Source: Myxococcota bacterium (GTDB lineage Bacteria > Myxococcota_A > UBA9160 > UBA6930). Taken from it: 64,000 bases of DNA. Position 1 is the stretch's first letter; every line of letters begins with the position of its first letter. Below, piece after piece: positions 40,872-50,858 of the stretch. The stretch is from contig OZ245015.1 of NCBI GenBank assembly GCA_965223705.1, positions 4,320,001 to 4,384,000 on the forward strand. The letters run 5' to 3'. Below the pieces are notes generated by a model that worked only from the letters and a program-made list of their open reading frames with translations, did no database searches and was not told the origin of the DNA. Made by a program: the position numbers and the translations under genes.

Positions 40872-42032
40872 ATGCTTTTTGACCTGACCGATGAGCAACA
40901 GCTCATCATCGATACCGTTCGCAAGTTCGTGGATGAGGAGGTCGCTCCGGTAGCCAGCGACCTCGACCACAAGGACGAGTATCCCCACGCACTCGTCGAT
41001 CGGGTCAAAGAACTCGGCCTGTTCGGGACGACCATTCCCGAGGAATACGGCGGGATCGGCCTCAACTACCTGACCTACGCCATGATTTGCGAGGAGCTCG
41101 CTCGCGGCTGGATCTCCATGCCGGGCTTGATCAACTCGCACCTCATGATGGCCTACATCGTTCGCATGTTCGGAACCGAAGCACAGAAGCGCCACTGGCT
41201 GCCGCGGTTCGCGAGCGGCGAAGCGCGTGGCGGACTCGCTCTATCGGAATCCGACGCGGGGACCGATGTGCAGGCGATTCGCACGACGGCGCGCCGCGAC
41301 GGCGACGAGTACGTGATCAACGGCTCCAAGATGTGGATCACGAATGCCCGCTACGGCAACTCATTCGCTCTGTTGGCGAAGACCGACACGACCGCCGAAA
41401 AGGCCTATCAGGGCATGAGCATGTTCATCATCGAGAAAGGTGGGCCGGGCTTTACCGTGAGCCGCGATATTCCGAAGCTCGGCTACAAGGGCATCAAGAC
41501 GTGCGAGCTCACGTTCGAAGACTTTCGCGTGCCGGCCGCGAACCTGGTCGGCGAGAAGGAAGGTGCCGGCTTCAAGTACGTGATGAGCGCCCTCGAAACC
41601 GGTCGCATCAACGTCGCTGCGCGCGGCGTCGGAGTCGTTCGCGCGTGCTTCGAAGCGTCGATCCGCTACGCGCAACACCGCAAGACCTTTGGCAAACCCA
41701 TCGGCGAGCATCAGCTGATCCAGGAAAAGTTGGCCGACATGGCGACGAACCTCGAAGCCGCCAGACTCCTCACGTACAGCGCCGCCCGCGCCAAGGATCA
41801 GGGCGCGCGGGTGGACCTCGAAGCCGGCATGGCGAAGCTCTTCGCGAGTGAGGCGGCGATGAGCGCCGCACTCGAAGCGATGCGATTGCACGGCGGCGTC
41901 GGGTATACGCTCGAGTTTCCCATCGAGCGCTATTTCCGAGACGCTCCGCTCCTCATCATCGGAGAGGGCACGAACGAGATCCAAAAAACCGTGATCGCGC
42001 GCCAGCTCCTCAAGAAGCACGCCGTATCGTGA
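40872..42032 (+). CDS. Acyl-CoA dehydrogenase
   Basis: ALSESDAGTD, NGSKMWITN, RKTFGKPI, HGGVGY, IGEGTNEIQK. Confidence 0.95.
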   Translation: MLFDLTDEQQLIIDTVRKFVDEEVAPVASDLDHKDEYPHALVDRVKELGLFGTTIPEEYGGIGLNYLTYAMICEELARGWISMPGLINSHLMMAYIVRMFGTEAQKRHWLPRFASGEARGGLALSESDAGTDVQAIRTTARRDGDEYVINGSKMWITNARYGNSFALLAKTDTTAEKAYQGMSMFIIEKGGPGFTVSRDIPKLGYKGIKTCELTFEDFRVPAANLVGEKEGAGFKYVMSALETGRINVAARGVGVVRACFEASIRYAQHRKTFGKPIGEHQLIQEKLADMATNLEAARLLTYSAARAKDQGARVDLEAGMAKLFASEAAMSAALEAMRLHGGVGYTLEFPIERYFRDAPLLIIGEGTNEIQKTVIARQLLKKHAVS

Positions 42033-43240
42033 ACCCTCCGGCGCCGCTGCCGCTAGCGGGCGTGCGGATCCTGGCTCTCTCGTCTTTCGGGGCCGGCCCG
42101 TGGGCCACGATGCTTCTGGCCGATCTCGGGGCCGATGTCATCAAAATCGAAGACCGAAAGCGCGGCGGCGATACGTCGCGCAGCGTGCCACCGCTTTGGG
42201 AAGACCAGGACGGCGACTCGCTGTACTTCCAGGCGATGAACCGCAACAAGCGATCGCTCTCCCTCGATATTCGAACCGAACGCGGACGCGAGATCTTCGA
42301 GAAGCTCGTCGCGGTTTCCGACGCCGTCTACAACAACTTGCGCGGCGACCAGCCGGAAAAACTCCGGCTTCGCTACGCGGATCTCGCATCGATCAATCCG
42401 AAAATCGTGTGTGCTAGCTGCTCGGGTTACGGAACCGAGACATCGCGCGCGGCGGAGCCCGGCTACGACTTCGTCGTTCAATCCGTGACGGGCTACATGT
42501 CGCTCACGGGTGAGCCCGACGGTCCGCCCGCGCGCGCGGGTGTTTCGGTGATCGATTTCGGCGGGGGCACGCTCTCCATCGTCGGCCTCCTTGCGGGGCT
42601 GGTTCGTGCGCGGGAGACCGGTCGCGGCGGCGACGTCGAAACGTCGCTCTACGAGGGCGCGCTGTCGATGCTCAACTACTTGGCGGCCTGGAACCTCAAC
42701 CTGGGTATCAATCCAAACCGCTTGTCGCGTTCCGCCCACCAGAGCATCGTGCCCGTCCAGACCTTCCCGACCGCGGACGGCTGGATCTTCGTGATGTGCA
42801 TGAAGGACAAGTTTTTCGACGCGCTGTGCGACAAACTCGGTCTCCCTGAGCTGCCCACAGATCCGAAGTTCGAAACCCTCGCGCAACGCTTCGAGCATCA
42901 GCAAGAGCTCTTGCCCCAGCTCGAAGCCGTCCTCAAAACACGATCGACCGATCAGTGGCTCGCGACGTTGCGGCCCGAAGTGCCGTGCGCGCCCGTCAAT
43001 GATCTAGCTTCGGCGCTCCGCGATCCGCTGATCGAAGAACTCGATGCGATCTGGGAAGTCGAGCACCCCGAACGCGGGACGCTGCGCGAGATCGCCTGCC
43101 CGGTTCGACTGGCTGACACGGAGCCGCTTCCCCGGCGCGCAGCGCCGGGGCTCGGCGAACATTCCGAAGAGATCCTACGCGGTCTGGTCGGTCTTTCGGC
43201 TGACGAGATTCGCGCGCTACGCGACGACGACGTCGTCTAA
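42029..43240 (+). CDS. Family III (CaiB/BaiF) CoA-transferase
   Basis: LAGVRIL, DLGADVIKIE, NRNKRS, APGLGEHS; overlaps acyl-CoA DH stop. Confidence 0.92.
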   Translation: MNPPAPLPLAGVRILALSSFGAGPWATMLLADLGADVIKIEDRKRGGDTSRSVPPLWEDQDGDSLYFQAMNRNKRSLSLDIRTERGREIFEKLVAVSDAVYNNLRGDQPEKLRLRYADLASINPKIVCASCSGYGTETSRAAEPGYDFVVQSVTGYMSLTGEPDGPPARAGVSVIDFGGGTLSIVGLLAGLVRARETGRGGDVETSLYEGALSMLNYLAAWNLNLGINPNRLSRSAHQSIVPVQTFPTADGWIFVMCMKDKFFDALCDKLGLPELPTDPKFETLAQRFEHQQELLPQLEAVLKTRSTDQWLATLRPEVPCAPVNDLASALRDPLIEELDAIWEVEHPERGTLREIACPVRLADTEPLPRRAAPGLGEHSEEILRGLVGLSADEIRALRDDDVV

Positions 43241-44604
43241 CCGCCGCCGGCACGCGACAGCGTGTCGTCGAGCGCTTGGCCGACGCGCGACACGATTTCG
43301 TCGATCTCGAAATCCTGAACGATCAGGGGCGGCGCGATGACGAGGCTTCGCCCCGCCGGCCGGGTGACCACCCCTTTGGCCAACAGCGACTCGTACGCGA
43401 GTTCCATGAGGGCGTCCGCATCGTCGTTGATGATCTCATCGTTTGCGTCCCGTCGTAGGAAATCGACACACGCGCCGAGCCCGACATTGCGCACGTCACC
43501 CACCAGCGGGTGATCCGAAAACTGCCCGAGGCCTTCTCCCAACCTCTCTCCCATGCGTCGCGCGTGTTCGACGAGATTGTCGCGCTCGATGATCTCGATC
43601 ACCTTGAGGGCCGCGGCGGCGCCGACGGGATGGGCGGCGAACGTCGCCGCGTGCGCCAACGTGCCCACTTTTTCGGACCCGGAATCCAGCGCCGCGTAGA
43701 GATCTTCGCCGAGCACGAACGCCGAAAGCGGGAAATACCCGGACGTTACGCCTTTGGCGATCGTCATGTGATCGGGGTTCAGGCCCAATGTCTCGGTGCC
43801 GAAGAGGTTCCCAGTTCGCCCGAAGCCCGTGACGACCTCGTCGATCAGAAGGTCGGCACCGTGCTCCTTGAGGACGCCCTGAAGCGCGGGAAAGTATTCG
43901 CGCGGCGGTACTTTGAATCCCGACGAAAAGCTGATCGGCTCGGCGATCATCGCCGCGATGCTTCCCTCGGGTTCCCGCTCGATCAGCTCCCGCAACTCCG
44001 CCGCGCGACGGGTTGCGAAGTCCGCGCCGGTTTCGCCGGGCGCGCGCTCGCCGTGATAGTCAGCTTGGCCGACGTGACGAAAGCCTTCGAGGGGGAGACC
44101 GAATTCTTCGTGGTGCCCCCCGGTGACACTCGCGGAAGCCAGGGTGCCGCCGTGGTAGCTGCCGTGGCGACCGATGATGGTCTTTCGTCCGGGCTCGCCT
44201 CGCGCTACCGCGCCGAACCGCATGAGCTTGATGGCGTAGTCGATGGCCTCGGAGCCGGAGACCGCGAACACGACGTGCGCGTTGTGCACCGGAACGATCT
44301 CCACCAATTTTTCGGCCAACTCGAGCGACGTCCTACTCGTCCGGTTCATTCCACACACGAAGAACGGCAGTTCCCGGTACTGGGCCGCGATGGCGTCGAT
44401 CAATTCTTCGTTCTGGTAACCGAGTGCTGAGACATAGAACGACGAGGTCGCTTCGATGTATTCCCGCCCCTCCGTATCGTATACATAGATGCCTTTCCCG
44501 CTCTCGATCACGCGGGTGATCGCGCTCGTATTCTCCGAAACGCGTTGGAAGCCGATCAGCAGCGGAAGGCGCTCGTCATCCAACATCGGTTGAGGTGTGG
44601 CCAC
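43237..44604 (-). CDS. Class III (omega-type) PLP aminotransferase
   Basis: SGSEA, SYHG, DEVVTGFGRTG, TIAKGVTSG. Confidence 0.93.
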   Translation of the reverse strand: MATPQPMLDDERLPLLIGFQRVSENTSAITRVIESGKGIYVYDTEGREYIEATSSFYVSALGYQNEELIDAIAAQYRELPFFVCGMNRTSRTSLELAEKLVEIVPVHNAHVVFAVSGSEAIDYAIKLMRFGAVARGEPGRKTIIGRHGSYHGGTLASASVTGGHHEEFGLPLEGFRHVGQADYHGERAPGETGADFATRRAAELRELIEREPEGSIAAMIAEPISFSSGFKVPPREYFPALQGVLKEHGADLLIDEVVTGFGRTGNLFGTETLGLNPDHMTIAKGVTSGYFPLSAFVLGEDLYAALDSGSEKVGTLAHAATFAAHPVGAAAALKVIEIIERDNLVEHARRMGERLGEGLGQFSDHPLVGDVRNVGLGACVDFLRRDANDEIINDDADALMELAYESLLAKGVVTRPAGRSLVIAPPLIVQDFEIDEIVSRVGQALDDTLSRAGGG

Positions 44605-44614
44605 GGAGTCTCCT

Positions 44615-46417
44615 TCAGCGCGCGCTCTCGAGCGACGCGCGCCTTCGTTTCGTTGCAGACTGATCGACCGAAAGCGTCTCGTCTGCGATAGAGCCCGAGA
44701 ACTCGACCCCGTAGACCTCGTTCGCTTGATCGATCGAAACGTAGCTTTCGATCACGTCTTCGAGCACGGCGGCGGGATCGCGCTCGAGCGGATCCCCGTA
44801 GCCACCACCCGCGACTTCGAGTCCCGACAACCACTGGTGCTTTCGCAGTTCGATCTGTCCGACGCTCGGCGCCTCCGAGCGATTGCCGTGTTCGTCGACA
44901 ACAAACATCCGACCCACGTTGCCGTCGCCACCGCCTCGGACACCGCGCGGCGGATTGACTTGGCCGTCGGCGGCGAATACGACCGTCATCGGGTGGTGAC
45001 TCGGTCCGTACGTGAGCTGCACGCCCGGCGCACCGCGGTGCGTGCCGGGGCCGCACGCGTCTTGCGTCAGGCGGATTTCTCTAAAGTGGATCGGATAACT
45101 CAGCTCGTTGATTTCGACGCTGTCGCGGTACATCAAGCCGGCGACCACTGGAATACCGTACGTGATCCAGCCATCCGAGTCCGGTGAACCCGGTCCGCCG
45201 TTGTTCCCGATGATGAGTTGGTTCACGTACGGATGATCGTCGTGACGCGCGTCCTTTCCCGAGATCACGCTGAAGCCTGCCCCCATGCCGATCCCGCCCT
45301 CGGCGAGGCCGTGGCCGGGGCCGAGATCGGCGAGTGCCGCTTGCACGTTGTTCAGCAAGCGCTCCGAAATGTTCGTGGTCGCGACCGAGCAGCTGTGCGG
45401 AAACTCAGGGATTCCGATCGCTGCACCTTCGCGCAACTTCATTCGAATGCACCGATAGGAACCGCCGTTGCGCGGGATATCGGATGGCAGACAGTTGTAG
45501 ACCCCCGCCACCGAGTTGCTGATCGAGCACGCGTGGGACAGATTGAGCCCGTTCTCCATGTTGTCGATGTTCGAAGTCAGATCGATCTCGATCACGCCCT
45601 CTTTCGGGTCGACCACGAGCCTGACGCGAACGGGGATGCCATCGGGAAGTAGCGGCGGCATCGGGTCGTGAAAGCTCTCGCGCGAAATCTCGGCTCCCGG
45701 AAGGTCGGCAATCGCCTGGCGCATACGCACTTCACTGTAGTCGAACCACTCTTTGATGAACTGCTTGATCGTCGCCTTCCCGTACTTGCGAAAGATGTCG
45801 TGGATCCGCTTTTCACCGGTTCGTGCGGACCCGAGCATCGACAGAAAATCACCGTGCCAATAGTCGGGCACGCGGATCCGCCGCTGACACATCCGGATGA
45901 TGTCATCGATCATCTCGTAGTCGCGCTGTACGCGGACCGCCGGGAAGATCAACGCCCCTTCTTCATAGACGTCTTTCGCCGCGGCGTGATAGGTCGTCGG
46001 AAGACTGTTACCGATGTCCGCTTGGTGAGCCTTTGCGCAAACGTTGAACAGATGTTCGCCTTCCCAGAACACAGGAACGATGATCGTGTGGTCCGCGGGA
46101 TGGGAGTTCCCCGCGTAGGGGTCGTTGTGTAGATAGGCGTCGCCCGGAGCGATGTCGTCGTGAAACTCACACATGGCGGCGCTCTGAAGGTTCAAGCCGT
46201 AGGTGTGCGCCGGCAAGCCCTCGGCCGTGGCAAAGAGCTCGTTGTCTCCCGTTGTGATTCCACAGGAAAAATCGCGCGCGCTGTTGATCACCGCGGAACG
46301 GCCGGTGCGGAGCATGGTGTTCGTCATTTCGCGCACGACACCGTCGAAACGGTTCGCCAACACGGCGAGCAACATCGGAGAGAGCGCCTCGGTACCTACC
46401 TTGAGATCACCGTCCAT
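44615..46417 (-). CDS. Hydantoinase B / oxoprolinase family subunit
   Basis: SARDFSC, NDPYAGNSHPAD, HQADIG, GGGYGDPLERD. Confidence 0.93.
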   Translation of the reverse strand: MDGDLKVGTEALSPMLLAVLANRFDGVVREMTNTMLRTGRSAVINSARDFSCGITTGDNELFATAEGLPAHTYGLNLQSAAMCEFHDDIAPGDAYLHNDPYAGNSHPADHTIIVPVFWEGEHLFNVCAKAHQADIGNSLPTTYHAAAKDVYEEGALIFPAVRVQRDYEMIDDIIRMCQRRIRVPDYWHGDFLSMLGSARTGEKRIHDIFRKYGKATIKQFIKEWFDYSEVRMRQAIADLPGAEISRESFHDPMPPLLPDGIPVRVRLVVDPKEGVIEIDLTSNIDNMENGLNLSHACSISNSVAGVYNCLPSDIPRNGGSYRCIRMKLREGAAIGIPEFPHSCSVATTNISERLLNNVQAALADLGPGHGLAEGGIGMGAGFSVISGKDARHDDHPYVNQLIIGNNGGPGSPDSDGWITYGIPVVAGLMYRDSVEINELSYPIHFREIRLTQDACGPGTHRGAPGVQLTYGPSHHPMTVVFAADGQVNPPRGVRGGGDGNVGRMFVVDEHGNRSEAPSVGQIELRKHQWLSGLEVAGGGYGDPLERDPAAVLEDVIESYVSIDQANEVYGVEFSGSIADETLSVDQSATKRRRASLESAR

Positions 46418-46432
46418 GTCGGTCCTCCGCGA

Positions 46433-48526
46433 CTACCCCTGGTCCCACGAAATCACGTAGCTTCCGGCGGCGCTCAGTTGCGCCCGGGCACCGGGAGGTA
46501 AAACAATCGTCGTCGTCGCTTCCTCGACGATCGCCGGCCCGTCGATGACATCGCCGAGTTTGACGGAATCGCCTCTCAGGATTGCTGTAGGCCGGGTTTC
46601 ATCCAGATCGAACATCGCGTCACGCACGCCTAGAGACCCTCCGACGACTTCTTGACCGTCCGCTCGGTGACTCGACTGCGGCAGATGAACCGCGAGGCGT
46701 CCCGTCCAGTTCAGGAACTCGATCGGAGAGTTGCGATCCTCGACACTGAAGATGCGGCGGTGGTTCGCATGAAACGCCTCGATCAGCTCGTCGACTTGTC
46801 GATCGGAGTCGAGCCGGTTTCCCCGGAGCGTCACGGGGATATCCCACACCTGCGCCGCGTAGTGTGCATCGACGCGATACTCGATCGAGTGATCGGTAAA
46901 ACCGCGCGAGGAGAGCTGCTTCGCGAAACCCGTAAGCTCTTCCTCAATCGCCTGCAGCCCCGCGTTGACCGCGTCGCGATCGAAGTGGTCCGATCGCGTC
47001 GGCACCGTGGTCGTCGCTTCGGTCTGAATGTCGGAGAATTGCATGCCACAGGCGGACAACACACTCGCCGTCCGCGGAATAATGACGTTGCGACACTTGA
47101 GCTCTCGCGCGATGGGCATGATCCCGAGGCCTGCAGCACCCCCGCCGGCGACGACGACCGTTTCGGCTGGATCGATCCCTTCGCTGACGGTGATGTCTTT
47201 GATCGCGTTGATCATCGTTTCGTTCGACACGGCGAAGACGGAGTAGGCCGCAGCGGAGACGCTGATTCCGAGCGGTTCGGCGATCGTCGCGAGCGCTGCT
47301 TTCGCCGCCGCTAAATCGAGTTTCATACGACCACCGAGAAAGTAGTCGGGATCGATATAGCCGAGCACCAACGCCGCGTCGGTGACCGTCGGATCTTTAC
47401 CGCCCATGCCGTAGCAAGCCGGGCCGGGGTTCGCGCCCGCGCTCTCGGGCCCCACCTTGAGGAGCCCAGCAGAGTCGAGCCAGGCGATCGAGCCGCCGCC
47501 AGCACCGACGCTGCGAGCGTCTACGGCCGGAATGCCCAACATGTGGCCGGTGAAACGCTCGCCCAACCAGGTTTCCTGGGTGATTGTGATGTTGCCGTCT
47601 CGCACCAGGCTGACATCAAACGTGGTGCCGCCCGTGTCGACGACGAGCACCGATTCGGCCTTGCCCTCGAGCTCCGCATAGCGCCGACCCGCCACCGGAC
47701 CCATGGCCGGCCCGGAGCGAACCGTATGGATGGGTTTTGCGACGACGCTTTCGACGTCGAGACAACCGCCGATGGTCGTGCTGACCAGGATTTCGCCCGC
47801 GTAGCCTTCCGCGCGCAGATCTTCTCGCAAATCGTTCAAGTGCGACTGCATGAGCGGCTTGATCGAAGCATCGATGGCGACGGACGACGCGCGCCGGTAT
47901 TCGCGCAAGATCGGATTGAGCTGATGGCTCAAGGTGAACGCCACACCCGGGAGCTCCGACGCGATCAGTTCGCCGAGGCGGATCTCGTGCGCGGGATTGG
48001 CCGTCGCCCAGAGGAGCGAGACCGCGCACGCTTCAAAGCCTCGCTCCCGGATCTCCGCCAACACGCCTCGCGCCTGCCGTTCGTCGAGCGGGGTGTAGAC
48101 GTCGCCTTGTGCGTCCATTCGTTCGTCGATTTCGAACGTGTAGCGACGCGGGACATAGGGCTTCGGGAACGGCTTCGAGAAATCGTGCGGGTCGAACTTG
48201 CCGCCCTCGCGGAGGACCAGCACATCGGGAAATCCAGCCGTCGTGAGAAAGGCCGTCTTGGCGACGTTCCCGGTGACGATCGCGTTGGTTGCGCGTGTCG
48301 TTCCGTAGACGAAGAGCTCGGCGTTGGCCAGCACATCGGCGAGTGACAAGCCGAGCTCCCCTGCCGCGGTTTCAAGGGCGGCCTTCAGCCCATTGAAGAT
48401 GCGATCGCGGGTGGTTAGGGCCTTCCCGATGGTGAAGCGACCGCTCGCGTCGGCGATCACCACGTCGGTGAACGTGCCGCCCGTGTCGACGCTGATCCGC
48501 CAGCCAACGGATGATTGTTGATCCAT
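46433..48526 (-). CDS. Hydantoinase A / oxoprolinase family ATP-dependent subunit
   Basis: DTGGTFTD, GTTRATNA, SGPAMG, DTGGTTFD, GAGGGSIA, SAGANPGPACYG, PTVTDA. Confidence 0.95.
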   Translation of the reverse strand: MDQQSSVGWRISVDTGGTFTDVVIADASGRFTIGKALTTRDRIFNGLKAALETAAGELGLSLADVLANAELFVYGTTRATNAIVTGNVAKTAFLTTAGFPDVLVLREGGKFDPHDFSKPFPKPYVPRRYTFEIDERMDAQGDVYTPLDERQARGVLAEIRERGFEACAVSLLWATANPAHEIRLGELIASELPGVAFTLSHQLNPILREYRRASSVAIDASIKPLMQSHLNDLREDLRAEGYAGEILVSTTIGGCLDVESVVAKPIHTVRSGPAMGPVAGRRYAELEGKAESVLVVDTGGTTFDVSLVRDGNITITQETWLGERFTGHMLGIPAVDARSVGAGGGSIAWLDSAGLLKVGPESAGANPGPACYGMGGKDPTVTDAALVLGYIDPDYFLGGRMKLDLAAAKAALATIAEPLGISVSAAAYSVFAVSNETMINAIKDITVSEGIDPAETVVVAGGGAAGLGIMPIARELKCRNVIIPRTASVLSACGMQFSDIQTEATTTVPTRSDHFDRDAVNAGLQAIEEELTGFAKQLSSRGFTDHSIEYRVDAHYAAQVWDIPVTLRGNRLDSDRQVDELIEAFHANHRRIFSVEDRNSPIEFLNWTGRLAVHLPQSSHRADGQEVVGGSLGVRDAMFDLDETRPTAILRGDSVKLGDVIDGPAIVEEATTTIVLPPGARAQLSAAGSYVISWDQG

Positions 48527-48572
48527 GGGCTACCTCGAGGGCCCATTACAGCACAATTTTCTGGGCCCTGAT

Positions 48573-49631
48573 CTAAGCGCCGACCTCGGGATAGTGCGTC
48601 GCCATATTCTCGGGGTAGCTGCGGGCGAAGTAGTTCCAGAGTTGCTCGCCGTAGACCGCGGGCCGATGGCGCGATTGCATGTCCCCGACGCCGGCCTCGT
48701 TTTCCTCTTTTCGCGCCATGAAGCCCGCTCCGGCGTGTCGCGGACTCGCCGCCACCGCTCGGGCGAACTCTTCCGAGAGCGGCAGCGGCGAAAGCGGCGT
48801 GTCGAGAGACGGCCCGTGGAAGTAGCCGGCCGAATAGCGCGTTTCCGTCGTAATCACCCGATGGGGCGTCGCGACGAAGTAATTGCCCGTCATTCCCTGC
48901 AGCATTTCACCGAGGTTGATCACCAGCCCGTCGGGGACGGTCTGAACGGGTACCCAGCTCCCGTCGCTCGACTCGATCTGAAGCCCCGGAGTCGGACCGG
49001 GCGCGAGGATGGTGAGAAAACCCGTGTCGTGGTGCGCGTTGACGCCGGCTCCGCCGGCGGGAGTCGCCGGGTAGCGAATGAGTTTCGTAAGCGACATCGA
49101 CTCGCCTTCGAAAAGATCGTTCAAATAGCCTTCGTCGAGGCCCAGCCCGAGCGAAAAGATCGCCATGAGTTCTCGCGCCAGCGCGTCGCATCGGGAGAAC
49201 CAGGCCTCGACGTGCGCCTGAAAGCCCGGAAGCACGTCATCCGGCAGCCACTGATTCGGGCCGAGCAAACGGAGATACGAAGGCGTCACATCGGGCGGGC
49301 GCGCGGGATTCTCTGTCCAGAGGTCGACCTGCTCTCGGATATCGGGGCGCCCGTTCGTGTATTCGGCCCCGAGGTCTTCCCAGCCCCGAAAGTGTCGCGA
49401 GTACCGCTTGTCGATCCGCGCCTTTTGCTCTCGGGGAAGCGCGAACAAGCGCTTCATCAGATCGAAGGTCTCCGCGAGAAACTCCCGGGAAATGCCGTGA
49501 TTCGTGACGATGAGAAAGCCCACGTGGTGGCAGATCTCGCGGACTTCGTCCGCGAGATTCGCCCGGTCGGCGGGAACTCCCCGCCAGCGGCTGAGATCCA
49601 CCACCGGAACCTTTGCTGCGTCCTCTGCCAT
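48573..49631 (-). CDS. 2OG-Fe(II) oxygenase, isopenicillin N synthase family
   Basis: VPVVDLS, GFLIVTNHG, HxD (AHHDTG), TPHRV, RYS. Confidence 0.92.
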   Translation of the reverse strand: MAEDAAKVPVVDLSRWRGVPADRANLADEVREICHHVGFLIVTNHGISREFLAETFDLMKRLFALPREQKARIDKRYSRHFRGWEDLGAEYTNGRPDIREQVDLWTENPARPPDVTPSYLRLLGPNQWLPDDVLPGFQAHVEAWFSRCDALARELMAIFSLGLGLDEGYLNDLFEGESMSLTKLIRYPATPAGGAGVNAHHDTGFLTILAPGPTPGLQIESSDGSWVPVQTVPDGLVINLGEMLQGMTGNYFVATPHRVITTETRYSAGYFHGPSLDTPLSPLPLSEEFARAVAASPRHAGAGFMARKEENEAGVGDMQSRHRPAVYGEQLWNYFARSYPENMATHYPEVGA

Positions 49632-49680
49632 GCGTCTTAGTCTAGTCGAAGAAGGATCGCCGGGCGGCCCCGTGCTCCCG

Positions 49681-50835
49681 TTAGCGCTGCCGTTGTGCTT
49701 CCTCCGCACCGCGCAGCGATATCCGTACCCGCTCGGGGTTGATATCGACGATGGACAGGTCATTGGGCTTCTTCACATCGTCCACGGACACCGAGAAGGT
49801 CCTTCGACCGAGTCTCGCGAGGTAGGCGTCGATCTCGACGGAGACGCCGTCCTGTTCCGTGAGCAGAAAATCGCGCCGCTGCCCCCGCAGCTTCACTTCG
49901 AGCGTGCCGGGCTGCACCGACTCGAGGACGAGATCGTCGGGGAGATTGTTGATGCGAACCGAGGCGGTGACCGTCGCTTCGTGAAGATCTGAGCCGAACA
50001 CAAAGAGAACCCACAACGCGACCGATCCGGCGATCGCGAACAGCGCGTCTCTCCGGCCGTACCACCAGGGCGCGGCCTCGTCGGACTCATCGTCGTCGGC
50101 CCCGCGAAGCTCCAGTGCGAGATCTTCGGGGCGGGACAACACGCGCAGCTGACCACCGCGTGCCACCGATACCGTCCCGCGTTCCTCAGAAACCGCGATG
50201 CAGATCGCGTCGCAACGTTCGGAGAGCCCCAGAGCGGCTGCGTGTCGTGTGCCGCCCGCGCCGAGCTCTGCGTGATTCCCGGAAAGCGGCAGGTGGATTG
50301 CGAAGCGCTCGACGACGTCTCCGCGAATCAGCACCGCGCCGTCGTGCCCCGGCGAGCTCGCATCGAAGATCGACAGCAGCAAGGGCTCGCTGAGCCGGCC
50401 CGCAAGACGCACCCCGCCTTCGAGGTAGCGGTCGAGCGTCTCCTCCCCGGGAAGAACGATCAGGGCTCCCGTACGCGTGGACGCAAGGCGCGCGACCGTC
50501 CTCACGAGTGAATCGTGAGCCTCGTCGTCGACGGGCGCCTGAGTCTGCCCGGGGCGGAACCTGCCGAGTTGTTCAAACACCCGCCGCAAGTCGTCTTGAA
50601 AGACCACGACGAGTATCAAGACGAGCACCGCGAAAAACGCCCGGAGAATCGAAGCCGTGACTTCGAGCTCCAACCTCGTCGCGAAGAAGTAGATCGCTCC
50701 GAGGACCGCGAGCCCGACGACAGCCGCCCGGGCGTGCGTCGCCCGCATGTAGCGGATCAGTAGCCAGCCGAGCGCCGCAACGATCGCGATGTCGAGGACG
50801 TCGAGCCAACCAGGTATGGGGAACCAAACAGGCAT
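49681..50835 (-). CDS. dacA: Membrane diadenylate cyclase (CdaA-type) fused to a YbbR/CdaR-like domain
   Basis: Three N-terminal TMs (LDIAIV...VVVFQDDLRR), GALIV, HDGAV, GTRHAAA, VSEERGTVS; additional TM then YbbR-like VRINNLPDDL...EVKLRG...INPERVRI. Confidence 0.88.
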   Translation of the reverse strand: MPVWFPIPGWLDVLDIAIVAALGWLLIRYMRATHARAAVVGLAVLGAIYFFATRLELEVTASILRAFFAVLVLILVVVFQDDLRRVFEQLGRFRPGQTQAPVDDEAHDSLVRTVARLASTRTGALIVLPGEETLDRYLEGGVRLAGRLSEPLLLSIFDASSPGHDGAVLIRGDVVERFAIHLPLSGNHAELGAGGTRHAAALGLSERCDAICIAVSEERGTVSVARGGQLRVLSRPEDLALELRGADDDESDEAAPWWYGRRDALFAIAGSVALWVLFVFGSDLHEATVTASVRINNLPDDLVLESVQPGTLEVKLRGQRRDFLLTEQDGVSVEIDAYLARLGRRTFSVSVDDVKKPNDLSIVDINPERVRISLRGAEEAQRQR

Positions 50836-50858
50836 AGAATCAATCGCCGGATTCGGTG

